From: Vulcanimicrobiota bacterium
Lineage (GTDB): Bacteria > Vulcanimicrobiota > Vulcanimicrobiia > Vulcanimicrobiales > Vulcanimicrobiaceae
Length of the DNA stretch: 64,000 nucleotides
Assembly: GCA_963723515.1 (NCBI GenBank)
Contig: CAVRQT010000003.1
Span: 768,001 to 832,000, forward strand
Reading direction: 5' to 3'
The notes below the pieces were generated by a model. The model saw only the letters and a list, made by a program, of their open reading frames with translations. It was not told the DNA's origin and ran no database searches. The number at the start of each line of letters is the position of its first letter. The first letter of the stretch is position 1. Below are positions 46,453 to 57,621 of this stretch, in pieces. The position numbers were made by a program, and so were the translations under genes.

Positions 46453-47120
46453 TTACCCGCTCATCAAGCGCCTCGCAAACTCACGCGCGATAATTTTGCG
46501 CCCTAGCGGACGCGCGAAAGCAAGAACTGGGCGATGAGATCTGCTTCAAAGAGCAGATGATGCGTGAGCCAGCGGATTGTGCGGGGCACGTCAGTTCGCC
46601 AAGTTCGAGCACAAGCGCCGCATCGGACGCGTGGACTTGCCGAAAAGCGTAATAGTCGCGCAAATTGTCGGTGAAGTTGTCAGGCTGAAAAAGGAATGGC
46701 CAATAGCGCTGATACAGCGACCGCCAAGAATCGGCTGCTGCACGAGCGGACTGCGCGTGATAACCAATAGATGCGCCGCTCGTGCATGGCGACGAGGTGC
46801 CGTCGAAGTGGATGAAGACGGCGTCTTTCACGCCATATTGTCCATCGAAATCGGCCGGGACACGGATGACCGAAACGCCATGCGATCGCAATATCCGCGT
46901 CACTTCATCGGCAACCTTGGGCGTTAGCTCTTTCTCACCGGCCGTTCCCATGTTGCATTTATGTGTCGGAAAGCGCTTACAGCTCGCCGGCCTGCCCTCA
47001 TGCCCGGCGCCTATGAGCACATCAGCGTGAAACGGCGTGGGACTTGCGCTCGCCGCTAGATCACCAAAGCCGATGGCAATTGCAACGAGCGTTGCAACAA
47101 TAGCAAAATGCGTTTCGCAT
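46453..47120 (-). CDS. N-acetylmuramoyl-L-alanine amidase (Amidase_3)-like (frameshifted)
   Basis: Signal peptide; AGH, E, FIHFD, LELG zinc/catalytic pattern. Confidence 0.65.
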
Positions 47121-47180
47121 GTGTCACGCTGAAAGCTCAGGGTGACACTGAAGCAATCGATGACACATGAAGCTGACGCG

Positions 47181-48767
47181 TCACGCGGCGCGTTGAGCCG
47201 TACTTTGCTGCCCCGGCCGAAACGCACGAACGCAACGACGCCGGCGCCGAATGCAAGCACGGCGCAAGCCACCATCGCGGCCTCGAATCCTCGCGTGAAC
47301 GCATCACTCGACAATCGCCGAAACTTGCGCGCGCTCGCTGCCATGAATGCTGGAGGGAATGTACCCTGTCACGATGCGATTGCGATCTCGGTGCAAGCTT
47401 GCGCGGCTAGCGGCCGACAGAGTCGCCGACCCGACCGCTCGATCGTACCTGGCATAAAACGCGAACGTCAACACTAATCCAAGCGCCGCAATCGCCAGCA
47501 ATCCCGCCGTCCTCGCAATGGCGTTATTGATGCCGGATGCGATCCCGGCATGGGTGCTTTCAATCGCATTCATCACCGTTGCCGTCAAAGGCGCCACGAA
47601 AATGGCTGCCGCGATTCCCAACACGACCGCCGCTGGAAAAAACGAGACCCAATACGATTTGCCTTGACCCGCCATTGCGAACAACACGTAGGCAATTGCC
47701 GCAATGACCGCACCGGTCACCAACATAACTCGCGGGCCGACTTGCGCTTGCGCCGCTCCGCTGTAGCGTGAAAACAAGAACAGAATGACGATCATCGGCA
47801 GTATCGCCGCGCCCGCCGAAGTGGGCGTGTAGTGCTGCACGTTGATCAAGTCAAACGGAATGAAGAACATTCCGCCGCCCAAACCCGCGTAGAGCAGCAG
47901 CGTGTAAGCGTTCGCTCCCGCGAAAACAGAAGATCGAAAAAAGCGCAGCGGCATCATCGCGTTGCTGATCCGGCCCTCGTAATAGACGAAAAGTACGAGT
48001 AAAATCAGTGCCGCGATACCCACAGCGATCGGAATCAATTGAAAGCCGTGGCCCTGAGAGGCGATCAACGCGTAAACAAGTCCGCCCAACCCGAGTGAGG
48101 CCAAAACTGATCCGCCAACGTCCAGCTTCTTCGAAACCGTCTCATCGTGGCTTTCGGAGATGTGCCGCACCGCTATATAAATGATGAACGCCGCAATCGG
48201 CACGTTGATCAGGAAGACCCAGCGCCATGAGAAGTGCTGCGCAAGGTAGCCGCCGAGCACTGGTCCGATAGCGGTGCTGATTGCCGAAAAGGCGGACCAC
48301 GTGCCGATCGCTTTCCCGCGCTCTTTTGCCGAAAATTGTGCGGTAATGAGTGCCAAACTTTCGGGCACGAGCAACGCCGCGCCGATTCCCTGCACGCAAC
48401 GTGCGGTCAGCAGCTCCGCCGCATTTAAGGAAACGGCGCACGCCGCCGACGCCACCGCAAAGACTGCGCAGCCGAGCACAAACATCCGGCGCCGCCCGAA
48501 GACATCGCCCAAACCGCCGCCGATCAGCATCAGGGCCGCGAGGAAAAGCGCGTAGCCTTCGACGATCCACCAAACCGTTGCCGCATCCGCGTGCAAGTCG
48601 CGCTGTAGAATCGGCAGTACGACATTCACCGCTGTCCCATCGATCAACGGCATCGCGCTGCCGAGCACCGTTGCGATCAGAACCCAAGTTCCGGCGCGAA
48701 CCGCGTGTCGCTCGCGCGCGAGCGTATGCGCGACGCGCTCGCAGGGATGCTCGATGAAGACGGCCAT
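47181..48767 (-). CDS. MFS DHA2-type efflux transporter (3' frameshift, end approximate)
   Basis: D.TAVNV.LP, GGLGDVFGRRR, GPVLGG, WRWVFLINVP. Confidence 0.9.
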
Positions 48768-48785
48768 TAAGTGGCCGTCAAGTTG

Positions 48786-49106
48786 TTACAGCCGAGAGAG
48801 AATGCCCTGCGCGAACGAAGGCGCGAAGTGTTGCAGCACTTGCGGGTTGCTCGCAATGAAGCTCACCACGGCTTGCTTAGCACCGCCGCCGCCGCCGGAT
48901 TGCAATTGCGAAACGAGGCTCATCGCCTGTTGCGCGAGATCGCTTTGCCCCTGATTTTGCAGATTGTTCGCCGCAGTTTGAAGGTGATCGGCGATCTGCC
49001 CTTGATCCATCGAATCGAGATGATCGCTCGCGGCTTGCTGCACCTTTTGCTGATCGACATTCCCGCTCATGACCTGTTCGGCCATACCCTTCAGCTGATC
49101 AAACAT
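48786..49106 (-). CDS. Small Gln-rich helical hypothetical protein
   Basis: AAGGAAGG RBS, clean ORF. Confidence 0.7.
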   Translation of the reverse strand: MFDQLKGMAEQVMSGNVDQQKVQQAASDHLDSMDQGQIADHLQTAANNLQNQGQSDLAQQAMSLVSQLQSGGGGGAKQAVVSFIASNPQVLQHFAPSFAQGILSRL

Positions 49107-49184
49107 CGTGCGGCCTTCCTTTCAATAGATAGACGCCAAGAAGTGTGTTTTGTACCCTGATTTAAAGCGGGTACACCCTCGCAA

Positions 49185-50699
49185 ATGAACACTGAGCCGC
49201 AAGTCGCAATCGCCGGCGCAGGACCGGTTGGCCTTTCCCTTGCGTTAGGACTCGCTCGCATGGGAATCCGGAGCGTCATCTTCGAGCAAGCGACGCAGCT
49301 GCCGCCGTTCTCGCGCGCAATTGTCGTGCTAACGCGCACGCTTGAGGCGTTCCAGGGCTGGAACGTCGGCGATAGGTTCATGAACACGAGCGAATTCTTG
49401 ACCGAGTTCAGCGCCTATAGGGCTGAAACGAACACTCCGTTTGTTCACCTCGACTTTACGACGCTGCATGATGTCACACCGAAGCCAGGAGTCGCCGTGC
49501 TGCCGCAAGATCGAACTGAAAAGATCCTCTGCGACGAGCTGCTCAAGACTGGACTGAGCGAAGTGCGCTTTCAGCATGAGGTTGTCGGCGCAACGCAAAA
49601 CGGCGATGGCGTCCGGCTGACGATTCAATCGGGTGACGCAACGCGCTCAGAAGCTCAAGCCCAGTATCTGGTCGGTTGCGATGGCGCGCACAGCGCCGTG
49701 CGGCAGTCACTCGGCATAACGCTTGCCGGAACGACGTATCCGGTTCATGTTTTTCTCGCAGACGTGCGTATCAGCGACCAACGCGATGCTCTGCCATGGC
49801 CTCGCTTGGCATTTGATGCCCCGCATTTTCTCTTCGCGGTGCGATTTGAGCCGGGACGATGGCGCATCGTCGGCGCTCTCGATCGGTCGAATGCCGATGC
49901 AACGCTAGATCAAGCGTTCTACCAAGAGCAAGTGGAGCGAACGCTAGGTCCGGGCCCTTTCGAGATCATGTGGCAGAGCAAGTTCAATATCCATCGCCGG
50001 CATGCAGCATCGTTTCGCGAAGGCCGAATTCTCTTAGCCGGTGACGCTGCGCACTTGAACAGCCCCGCGGGCGGACAAGGCATGAACGCCGGCATCCAAG
50101 ATGCGCACAATCTTGCCTGGAAATTGGCATATGCTCTGCGCGGCGGTGACTCTAAAGCGTTGCTCGATTCCTACGATGTTGAACGGCACGAAGCCATCAT
50201 GGGAGGCGTCGAAGTGGTCACCGATCGGCTGTCGCGCTTCGGGCTTTTTACATCACGAAATATGCGCGACATGCTTGCAACGCTCGCCGGCAGGCTGATT
50301 CGACTTCCCTTGTTTAAACGACGAGTGCTCTTTACGATGTCAATGTTGGCGACGCGCTATCGGCGATCGCCGCTGTTCTTCGGTCGCAGTTCGTTGCTTG
50401 GACGGCGCTCTCCGGAACTTTCCGCCCTCGGCGAATATCGCCCGACGCTCTTCCTCTATCAGCCCAGCGAAGACGTCGCTGATGCGGCAAACATGCTGGA
50501 CGTTCCCGAACTGCGCGTAGCCGAGACGACAGATTGGGCGCTGTGGAAATGCGCGCAGCCATTTGCGGCACTCGTTCGTCCTGACGGCATCGTCGGATAT
50601 TTCGAACGCGTTCCGAGCGCTGAAAGCCTCGCTCAAAACGTCCGTGCGGCGCTCGGTTTTCCGCACGAAACGGCCCTGCAAGTCGCGCACGAGTACTAG
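49185..50699 (+). CDS. FAD-dependent monooxygenase (PheA/TfdB-like)
   Basis: GAGPVGL, GCDGAHS, GDAAH..SPAGGQGMNAGIQDA. Confidence 0.92.
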   Translation: MNTEPQVAIAGAGPVGLSLALGLARMGIRSVIFEQATQLPPFSRAIVVLTRTLEAFQGWNVGDRFMNTSEFLTEFSAYRAETNTPFVHLDFTTLHDVTPKPGVAVLPQDRTEKILCDELLKTGLSEVRFQHEVVGATQNGDGVRLTIQSGDATRSEAQAQYLVGCDGAHSAVRQSLGITLAGTTYPVHVFLADVRISDQRDALPWPRLAFDAPHFLFAVRFEPGRWRIVGALDRSNADATLDQAFYQEQVERTLGPGPFEIMWQSKFNIHRRHAASFREGRILLAGDAAHLNSPAGGQGMNAGIQDAHNLAWKLAYALRGGDSKALLDSYDVERHEAIMGGVEVVTDRLSRFGLFTSRNMRDMLATLAGRLIRLPLFKRRVLFTMSMLATRYRRSPLFFGRSSLLGRRSPELSALGEYRPTLFLYQPSEDVADAANMLDVPELRVAETTDWALWKCAQPFAALVRPDGIVGYFERVPSAESLAQNVRAALGFPHETALQVAHEY

Positions 50700-50704
50700 G
50701 GCAC

Positions 50705-51115
50705 ATGAGCGTACGAGTTTACGGCATCAACCATATCGCAATCGAAGTCGACGACATCGAAAAGGCAGTCGACTTTTACGAGGATGTCTTCAATTTAGAA
50801 AAACTTGACGAGGGAGAGGGTGACGCATTCTTCCAAATCGGCGAGCACCAGTTTCTGGCGATGTTTGAAGTGGATAAGGTCAGTCCCGACAATACACGCC
50901 ACTTCGGCCTCATCGTGCGCGACGAAGCGCAACTCGCCGAAGTCCGCGATAAAGTTCAGAAGAAATACGGACTAAAGCTGTTCCCGCGATTCCGGTGCGA
51001 CTTCATCGATCCGTTCGGCAATCGCGTTCAAGTCGTCGATCTGCATGACGAATCGCTCGTTTGGCTCTTGCCGTATCAGGAAGTTCAAAAAGCGGGCATC
51101 AACTTCAACGACTGA
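50705..51115 (+). CDS. VOC/glyoxalase family protein
   Basis: INHIAIEV, HFGL, DPFGNRVQ. Confidence 0.88.
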   Translation: MSVRVYGINHIAIEVDDIEKAVDFYEDVFNLEKLDEGEGDAFFQIGEHQFLAMFEVDKVSPDNTRHFGLIVRDEAQLAEVRDKVQKKYGLKLFPRFRCDFIDPFGNRVQVVDLHDESLVWLLPYQEVQKAGINFND

Positions 51116-51131
51116 ACCGCTGGTTGCACTT

Positions 51132-51261
51132 CCTGTCACACTGAGCTAACCTGTCACACTGAGCTAACCTGTCACACTGAGCTTGTCGAAGTGCCGAAGG
51201 ATGGCTTAGCTCAGGAAGCGGCGTTGCGTTCATGCCATGCTTCGACAGGCTCAGCATGACA
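51132..51261. repeat. REP-like repeat cluster with an 18-bp tandem triplication
   Basis: CCTGTCACACTGAGCT at 18-bp period x3, the third extending to TGTCGAAG, then inverted CTTCGACAGGCTCAGCATGACA. Confidence 0.85.
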
Positions 51262-51267
51262 CCGGGA

Positions 51268-51829
51268 CTATTTCATTAGGAGATTGCTTCCACGTCTTGA
51301 TGGATGCACACGCGGTTCCCTTAGCGGCGGATACCATGACGAAAACGCGTATCGCTTTCCGCGCCTGACGATCTCGACCGACCGATCGAACACCGCGAGT
51401 TCCTCTCCCTCCGGCAACACGGCCGATCGACATGCAATGCCGTTAGCATGCGGGATGGCATACGCTCTTCTTCCTACATCGCGCGTACGCACCCACGTGA
51501 CGCTTCTTGGGATAACTCGCCGGCAACCCGGCCTCCCGGAGCCCCTCATCCGTGGCACAGTCCACAAACTCCGACAATCGCACGTTCACTTGCATCAACA
51601 CCGGTTGAAATTCCGGCTCGAGATCGAAGAGCGTGTGAATCTCGCCTTCGAAATGTCGGCGCGCGTTTGCGGCGGCTACATCAACCGTGGCGCAAAGATG
51701 CAATACGCCGAAGGTATCGGGCGCATTCCAACGACCGCCATCTCTACGCGAGAACGAGATATCGAGACAATCAAGCCACTCGGGGTCGCAAACGCGGTAA
51801 TGACGTCCACCGCGTTTGGTGAGAATCAC
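51268..51829 (-). CDS. RES domain toxin (frameshift near 51500)
   Basis: YRV, GGRWNAP..FGVL, GIACRSA...E.AVF. Confidence 0.75.
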
Positions 51830-52182
51830 AAACCGCTATAGGAGTAGAGCCGCTCGAGATATTCGTAGATAGGCTCAACACCGCGCTGTGCCACCACCTG
51901 AAGCACAGTCTGCCCTTGAAGACCGCGTCCCTCCGTACGCACAATCTGAGGCAGTCGGTCGCTCTTCAGTCGCCGCTTCAGCAATTGTGCCAGCTCGGCA
52001 ACGCGCGCCACGTCTGCCGCGCGGCCGGGTGGAACAGAGCGCATCTTCCATTGTTGCGCTGCTTGCCGGCTGACATTGAAGAGCGCCCCCAACTCGCCAT
52101 CGCTCAACCCGAAGGCCTCTTGGATCACATCAATGGGCTTCAGGGCTGCGGTTCGGCGTGGTCGCGCTAACGTTGCTTGCAT
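51826..52182 (-). CDS. Xre/MbcA-like antitoxin
   Basis: HTH FGLS..ELG.LFNVSRQA..QW; C-terminal L.G.T.L; stop overlaps RES start. Confidence 0.72.
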   Translation of the reverse strand: MQATLARPRRTAALKPIDVIQEAFGLSDGELGALFNVSRQAAQQWKMRSVPPGRAADVARVAELAQLLKRRLKSDRLPQIVRTEGRGLQGQTVLQVVAQRGVEPIYEYLERLYSYSGL

Positions 52183-52233
52183 TTCATCCTTAGTGTACCG
52201 CTATGTGCAAGCAAACTGCAAGCAACGGCAAGC
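52173..52233 (-). promoter_or_regulatory. TA promoter/operator
   Basis: TTGCAG-18-TACACT on minus strand; TGCAAGCAA x2 direct plus one inverted copy over the start codon. Confidence 0.55.
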
Positions 52234-52248
52234 GCCTTGCGCGTCCGC

Positions 52249-52917
52249 TTAGTCGGAGCGGCGGCTGCCTCCGAAGATCTGCAGCAACGCGAGAAAGATG
52301 TTAATCGCGTCTAGGTAGAGTTGCACGGCAATCTGCACCGGCGGATAGTTATCGCCACCCGCGCGGATGCGTGCAAAATCGATCAGCGTGATGAACGAGA
52401 AAATGCCGAGCGTGAGCCAGGCGTAAAGCGTGGGATGAACCCAATGCGTAAAGATCGAGACGATGCCCGCGATAACTAGCAGCAGCAAAGCGCCCATGGC
52501 GATTCCGCTGAAGCGGCGCAAGTCCAATCCGGTTGCGTAAACGATCACGCCGAGAGCTAACATCCCGAGCCCAGTCGTCGCCGCGGCTTCAACAACAACG
52601 CCCGGCCCGATCGCGCGCAAGTAAATCCCGATCACCGGCGCGATCCACACGCCCATCAAGAAGGTGAAAACATAGTAGAGCAACAGCGCCAGCGGTTCGT
52701 TGTTGCGAACGCCATGAATCGCGAAAAGCAAAATGAATCCCGCAATAAACGCGATCCATCCGATCGGGCTTCCCGGAGCGAGCACATTTTGCAGTAAGTA
52801 CGCCGCGATCGCCGTCACGAGAAGACCAATCGCCGTGATCCCGAGCACTTGCGCGAGCAACGATTGCACCGGTATCGCCGGCGCGTATGCTTGCGGTTGC
52901 CGATAACTTAACGCCAT
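52249..52917 (-). CDS. Bax inhibitor-1/YccA family membrane protein
   Basis: 7 TM; AVQLYLDAINIFL.LL. Confidence 0.9.
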   Translation of the reverse strand: MALSYRQPQAYAPAIPVQSLLAQVLGITAIGLLVTAIAAYLLQNVLAPGSPIGWIAFIAGFILLFAIHGVRNNEPLALLLYYVFTFLMGVWIAPVIGIYLRAIGPGVVVEAAATTGLGMLALGVIVYATGLDLRRFSGIAMGALLLLVIAGIVSIFTHWVHPTLYAWLTLGIFSFITLIDFARIRAGGDNYPPVQIAVQLYLDAINIFLALLQIFGGSRRSD

Positions 52918-52952
52918 ATGCTCCTTCTTACCGTTTGATTAATAACGCGCTG

Positions 52953-53105
52953 TCAATCTGGCTTCTGCAAGCCGGCTGCTTTTAAGGCTGCGACCACCGC
53001 CGCGACGAGATCTTCTGTGCGATTGCCTTCCACTTTGAAAAGGCCAATCAGTTTTCGCTTACGCGGCTGTTCCGTCTGCGCGTCGCGCTTAGGCTCGTGC
53101 TTCAT
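52953..53105 (-). CDS. Possible 50-aa hypothetical protein
   Basis: MKHEPKRDAQTEQPRKRKLIGLFKVEGNRTEDLVAAVVAALKAAGLQKPD (manual translation); weak RBS. Confidence 0.4.
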   Translation of the reverse strand: MKHEPKRDAQTEQPRKRKLIGLFKVEGNRTEDLVAAVVAALKAAGLQKPD

Positions 53106-53320
53106 AGTTTTTCTACCACTTAATTACAACGGAAGTTGCGCGCGTCACCCGGCCTGTTGCGGTGCCGACAACGCAGATACGGCCACGTCGTGGCGCCGAA
53201 CTGCTAGCCGATCAGGCCGTTTTTCGGGGAGTTGGCGTCCACCGCCCTAGGAATTCATATTTTGGCAACGTCTGAGCATAGTGCCAGCCATATGGCACTG
53301 CCCTCCGCCATCCTTCCGGT

Positions 53321-53953
53321 ATGGACGTTGCATCAGCCCGATACGCTTTCGTGGACGTGGAGACGACCGGCTTCAGTCCGGCGACCTGCGCGGTCGTCGA
53401 AGTCGCGTGTCTTATCGTCGAGCGCGGCGTCCTCGTGGAGACCTTTGAGTCCCTCGTCAACCCGCAGCAGCTGATACCGCCATATGCCACGGCAGTCCAT
53501 GGAATCACGGACATGGACGTGGCGGGTCAGCCTACATTAGAGGCTGTTGCTCCGTACGTCGAGTCGATGTGCGCCAACGCGATCGTCGTCGCGCATAACG
53601 CTGCGTTCGACCTCGGTTTCTTGCCGTTTCTCAAAAAATTCCGGAGCGTGTGCTCGTATCGGCTCGCCGCGCGCGTCGTTCCGGAAGCGCCGAATCATCG
53701 CAATCAAACGCTGGGTGCCTTCTTTAACGTCACCGACCCGCTCCTTGAATCCCGCCGCGCACATCGCGCATTAGCGGACGCGGTCGTGACGCGGCACGTC
53801 TTCTTCGCATGCCTATCGCGTTATTTGCGTGCCGGCCTTCCGGACGACGTCGCTTCTCTGCTTGCCTTCACGCGCCGCCATCCGCAACTGTGCCGCTACA
53901 TGCTAGCGATCGCGTTACCCTTGTCACCCGGCCCCGCAAACGTGTCACTCTGA
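53321..53953 (+). CDS. DEDDh 3'-5' exonuclease (DnaQ-like)
   Basis: DVETTG, HGI, AHNAAFD, HRALAD. Confidence 0.9.
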   Translation: MDVASARYAFVDVETTGFSPATCAVVEVACLIVERGVLVETFESLVNPQQLIPPYATAVHGITDMDVAGQPTLEAVAPYVESMCANAIVVAHNAAFDLGFLPFLKKFRSVCSYRLAARVVPEAPNHRNQTLGAFFNVTDPLLESRRAHRALADAVVTRHVFFACLSRYLRAGLPDDVASLLAFTRRHPQLCRYMLAIALPLSPGPANVSL

Positions 53954-53966
53954 GCTCGTCGAAGCG
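53943..53966. repeat. Single REP-like copy
   Basis: TGTCACTCTGAGCTCGTCGAAGCG; supplies the TGA stop of the exonuclease ORF. Confidence 0.7.
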
Positions 53967-54036
53967 CCCCTAAATCGTGGCGCTTTAGCATGGTATCCAC
54001 AACCACCTTACCTAAATAAGAAAAGGAGAACAGAAA

Positions 54037-54195
54037 TTGATTACTCTCGTAGGCTGGATCTTAGGAAACGCTCTCGTCTTTTTCGTCTGCATCGGCGATT
54101 CTGAAGCTGATGGACTGCTACGACCGCCACCGGTATTAGATAGCATTGCAAAAAATCGGCGATCGCATCATTTACTCCGCCTCCGATCTGAATAA
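54037..54195 (+). CDS. Possible small membrane peptide
   Basis: AAGGAG RBS + TTG; MITLVGWILGNALVFFV. Confidence 0.45.
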   Translation: MITLVGWILGNALVFFVCIGDSEADGLLRPPPVLDSIAKNRRSHHLLRLRSE

Positions 54196-57100
54196 GTATT
54201 TGGAGTGCGATTATCTTCTTGCGCTCGATCTTGAGGCGCTCCGGGACAAACTGGAGCGCCCGAAGGCGACCGCGTATTCCGACCTTATTACAAACAAAGG
54301 CGTGGCGCACGAAACTCGCCATCTCGAACAGCTGCGCGCAGCCATAACGGCGGCGTGGTCGAACTGCCGGCCAAAACTGAAGACAACACAATTGCCGCCT
54401 TAGAAGCCGCTGAAGCCCAAACGCGTAAAGCGATGGAGAGCGGCGCCAAGATCATCTACCAAGCGGCGTTCTTTGATGGACAGTGGTTTGGCCGCGCTGA
54501 CTTTCTGCAGCGGGTGGAACGTCCGAGCAACTTAGGCGACTATAGTTACGAAGTCGTCGATACCAAACTCGCTGTCCACACCAAGCCCTACTTCATCGTT
54601 CAACTTTGCTTCTACAGCGCGCAACTCGCGCGCGTGCAAGGCGTTGAACCCGAGTTTATGCACGTCGTCTTAGGGAGCGGCGAACAAGAAGCGCACCGCG
54701 TCTCTGATTACAGCGCCTATTGCGCTCACTTGGCAGAGTCGTTCTTAAAGGAAATGGCACGACTTCAGGCGCTCGACGATCCGGTTAATGCAACGATTCC
54801 CATGCCGGTCAAGCACTGCGAAGTGTGCGCTTGGGATTCGCTCTGCGTGCAACGCCGCGAAAGCGCGGACCATTTAACGCTGGTTGCCCGAATGCGACGA
54901 GATCAAGTTCGCAAACTAGAGGGCGCCGGCATCGACACGGTCGCCGAACTCGCCGTGGCCACGGATGATCAGAAGCCGCCTCGCCTGCGCAAAGAGGCGT
55001 TCACACGCTGCGGCAGCAAGCGCGGCTGCAACTCCATCATCGCCACACCGGCGCGCACAAACACGAACTTTTGCCGCTTGAGGACAAGCTCGGTTTCGGG
55101 CTGTTGCCTGAACCGGACGACGGCGACATCTTTTTCGACATGGAAGGCGACCCGCTATACGAGCCGGCCCGCAATCTCTATTACCTCTTCGGCGCATACA
55201 TGCCGAAGGAAGATCGTTACGTTTCATTTTGGGCATGCGACCCGCGTGACGAGAAGCGCGCCTTTGAGCAGTTCGTCGACTTCGTTGTCGAGCGCCGCCG
55301 AGAGTACCCGGATCTGCACGTCTACCATTACGCGCCCTATGAGAAAACTGCGCTTCGGAGGCTGAGCGTTCAATATGCAACGCGGGAATCCGAGGTAGAC
55401 GAATTCTTGCGCCGCGAGGTGCTCGTCGATCTCTATGCGGTCGTTCGCCAAACGATGCGAATATCGCAACCCAAGTACGGCATTAAATACGTTGAGCCGC
55501 TCTACGGCTTCACGCGCGAAGGTGACGTGCGGCGTGGCGACGAGTCGATCTTAGTCTTTGAGACTTGGCGTACATCGCAAGATGCGAAGCTACTGCAAGA
55601 CATCGAGCGCTACAACGATGCGGACTGCCGCTCTACATCGCGCCTTCGCGATTGGCTGTTAGAGCGGCGCACTGAAGCGATCGCACAATTTGGCGTTGAT
55701 ATTCCGTGGAGACCCTCGCGAGAGCAGAAAACTAAGGCCGAGGAGCGCGAGGAAGAGCTCAATCAGCTTACGGCATTGCAGCGCGAGTTGCTCGAGCCGG
55801 TTCACGACATCGAAACGAAATCGGAGTTCGATCTTCTCGATGACGACCGCAAGGCACGCTGGCTGTTCGGCCACTTGCTCGGCTACCATCGCCGTGAAGC
55901 GAAGCCGGCATGGTGGGCGCTATTCGACCGCGGTGAGAAGACGCTGCTTGAGCTGCAGCTCGAGGATCGTGACGCTCTCGCTGGGCTCGAACTGCGGACG
56001 GATGTTGACCCGGTGCGGGTTGGTCCACGCGACACTACGCTGATTTACACATATCGCTTTCCAGACCAAGAATACAATCTCGGCAACCAACCGGCGGATC
56101 CCGCAACCCAGCAATCCGTTAATTTAGTTGACGTCGACGAAGATGCCGGCATTGTGCGGCTCAAAGTCAAACCCGAGCGGGCAGCGGTCATTCGCGCGCT
56201 GATTCCCGGCGGACCGTACAGCACGCCAAACCAACAAGCCTCACTGCGCGCGAGCGCGAGCGATTATCTTGCTGGAACGCTTGAGCGCAGCCGTCCGGTC
56301 ATTTTGGATCTTCTGCTCGCCCGATCTCCGCGCTTTAGAACGAGAGCCGCAGGTAGCGTCATTCAGCCCGACGTCGTTGATGTTGGTCACATCACCTCGC
56401 TTGTCGAGGACCTCGATCGCAGCTGCCTCTTCATTCAAGGGCCACCAGGAACAGGCAAGTCGACGAAGGGTTCCGAGGTTATCGTGCGCTTGCTCAAAGC
56501 GGGCAAGCGCATCGGCATTATGTCCAACAGCCATAAAGCGATTCAAAATTTGCTTTGCATGGTGGAACAGTGCGCCGACAAGGGTGGAGAGCGCTTTAAC
56601 GGCATCTATTGCGGAAGCAGCGACGATGATGCCGGTTATCAGTCACCGCTCGATGAGCCGATGATTCGCGAAGCGTCTTCTAAAGAGTGCGATGGTTGTT
56701 CGGAGCAGCTTGTGGCCGGCACATCGTGGCTTTTTTCGCGCGAGAGCATGGTGGATGCATTCGATTATCTCTTCATTGATGAAGCAGGCCAAATCGCGCT
56801 CGCGGACGCAATTGCCGTCGCCCGCTGCGCAAGGAATCTCGTATTGCTCGGGGATCCGCTGCAGTTGGCGCAAGTGTCCCAAGGCACTCATCCGCCCGGC
56901 GTCGGTGGTTCAGTGCTGCAGCATCTGCTCGGCGAGCACGCGACAATACCGCCTCGATCGCGGCATCTTTTTGGATGTATCGTATCGGATGCATCCAGAG
57001 ATCTGCTCCTTTATCTCCGATGCGGTATACGAAGGGCGTCTCAAGGCCGCCGACGGAACGGCGGATCAATACGTCGTTAGCGAGGGCCTAACAGGCTACG

Positions 57101-57621
57101 GTTTGCGATACATTCCGATCGAGCATTCCGACAACAGCCGTGAATCCGTTGAGGAAGCCGAGCGCGTCGTCGAAGAGATTCGAGAACTGCTCAAGGGTCG
57201 CGTTAAAACGCGTGATGCTGATGAACGACCAATAACCCCGCAAGACATTCTGGTAGTGTCGCCTTACAATGCTCAGCGTAAGCGAATCCGTCGGCTCCTA
57301 AAGGAAGCGGGCATCGACGTTCGCGTCGGGACCGTCGACAAATTCCAAGGTCAAGAAGCGCCGGTTGTATTCTATTCGATGGCGACGTCGAGCGGCGATG
57401 AGCTACCGCGCAGCGTCAACTTTTTGTTTGAAAAGAACCGCCTAAACGTTGCGATCAGCCGGGCTCAATGCATGAGCGTGCTTGTCGCGAGCCCGCGCCT
57501 TCTCGACGTCCGCTGCTCTTCTGCGGAACAGATCGCAATGGTAAACCTGTTATGTTTATACGCCCAGCAGTCGCTGAGCTATGATGAGAGTCGACTCTCG
57601 ACAAACGACCTCGTCTCTTGA
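54146..57621 (+). CDS. TM0106 family RecB-like nuclease / RNase H-like / SF1 helicase fusion (3 frameshifts)
   Basis: SASDL, GRADFL...DTK..., FFDMEGDP, QGPPGTGKS, DEAGQ, TVDKFQGQE, NRLNVAISRA. Confidence 0.9.

Noticed and set aside
54146..55365. Cas4
   Set aside because: The RecB-like domain is the N-terminus of a TM0106 nuclease-helicase fusion.
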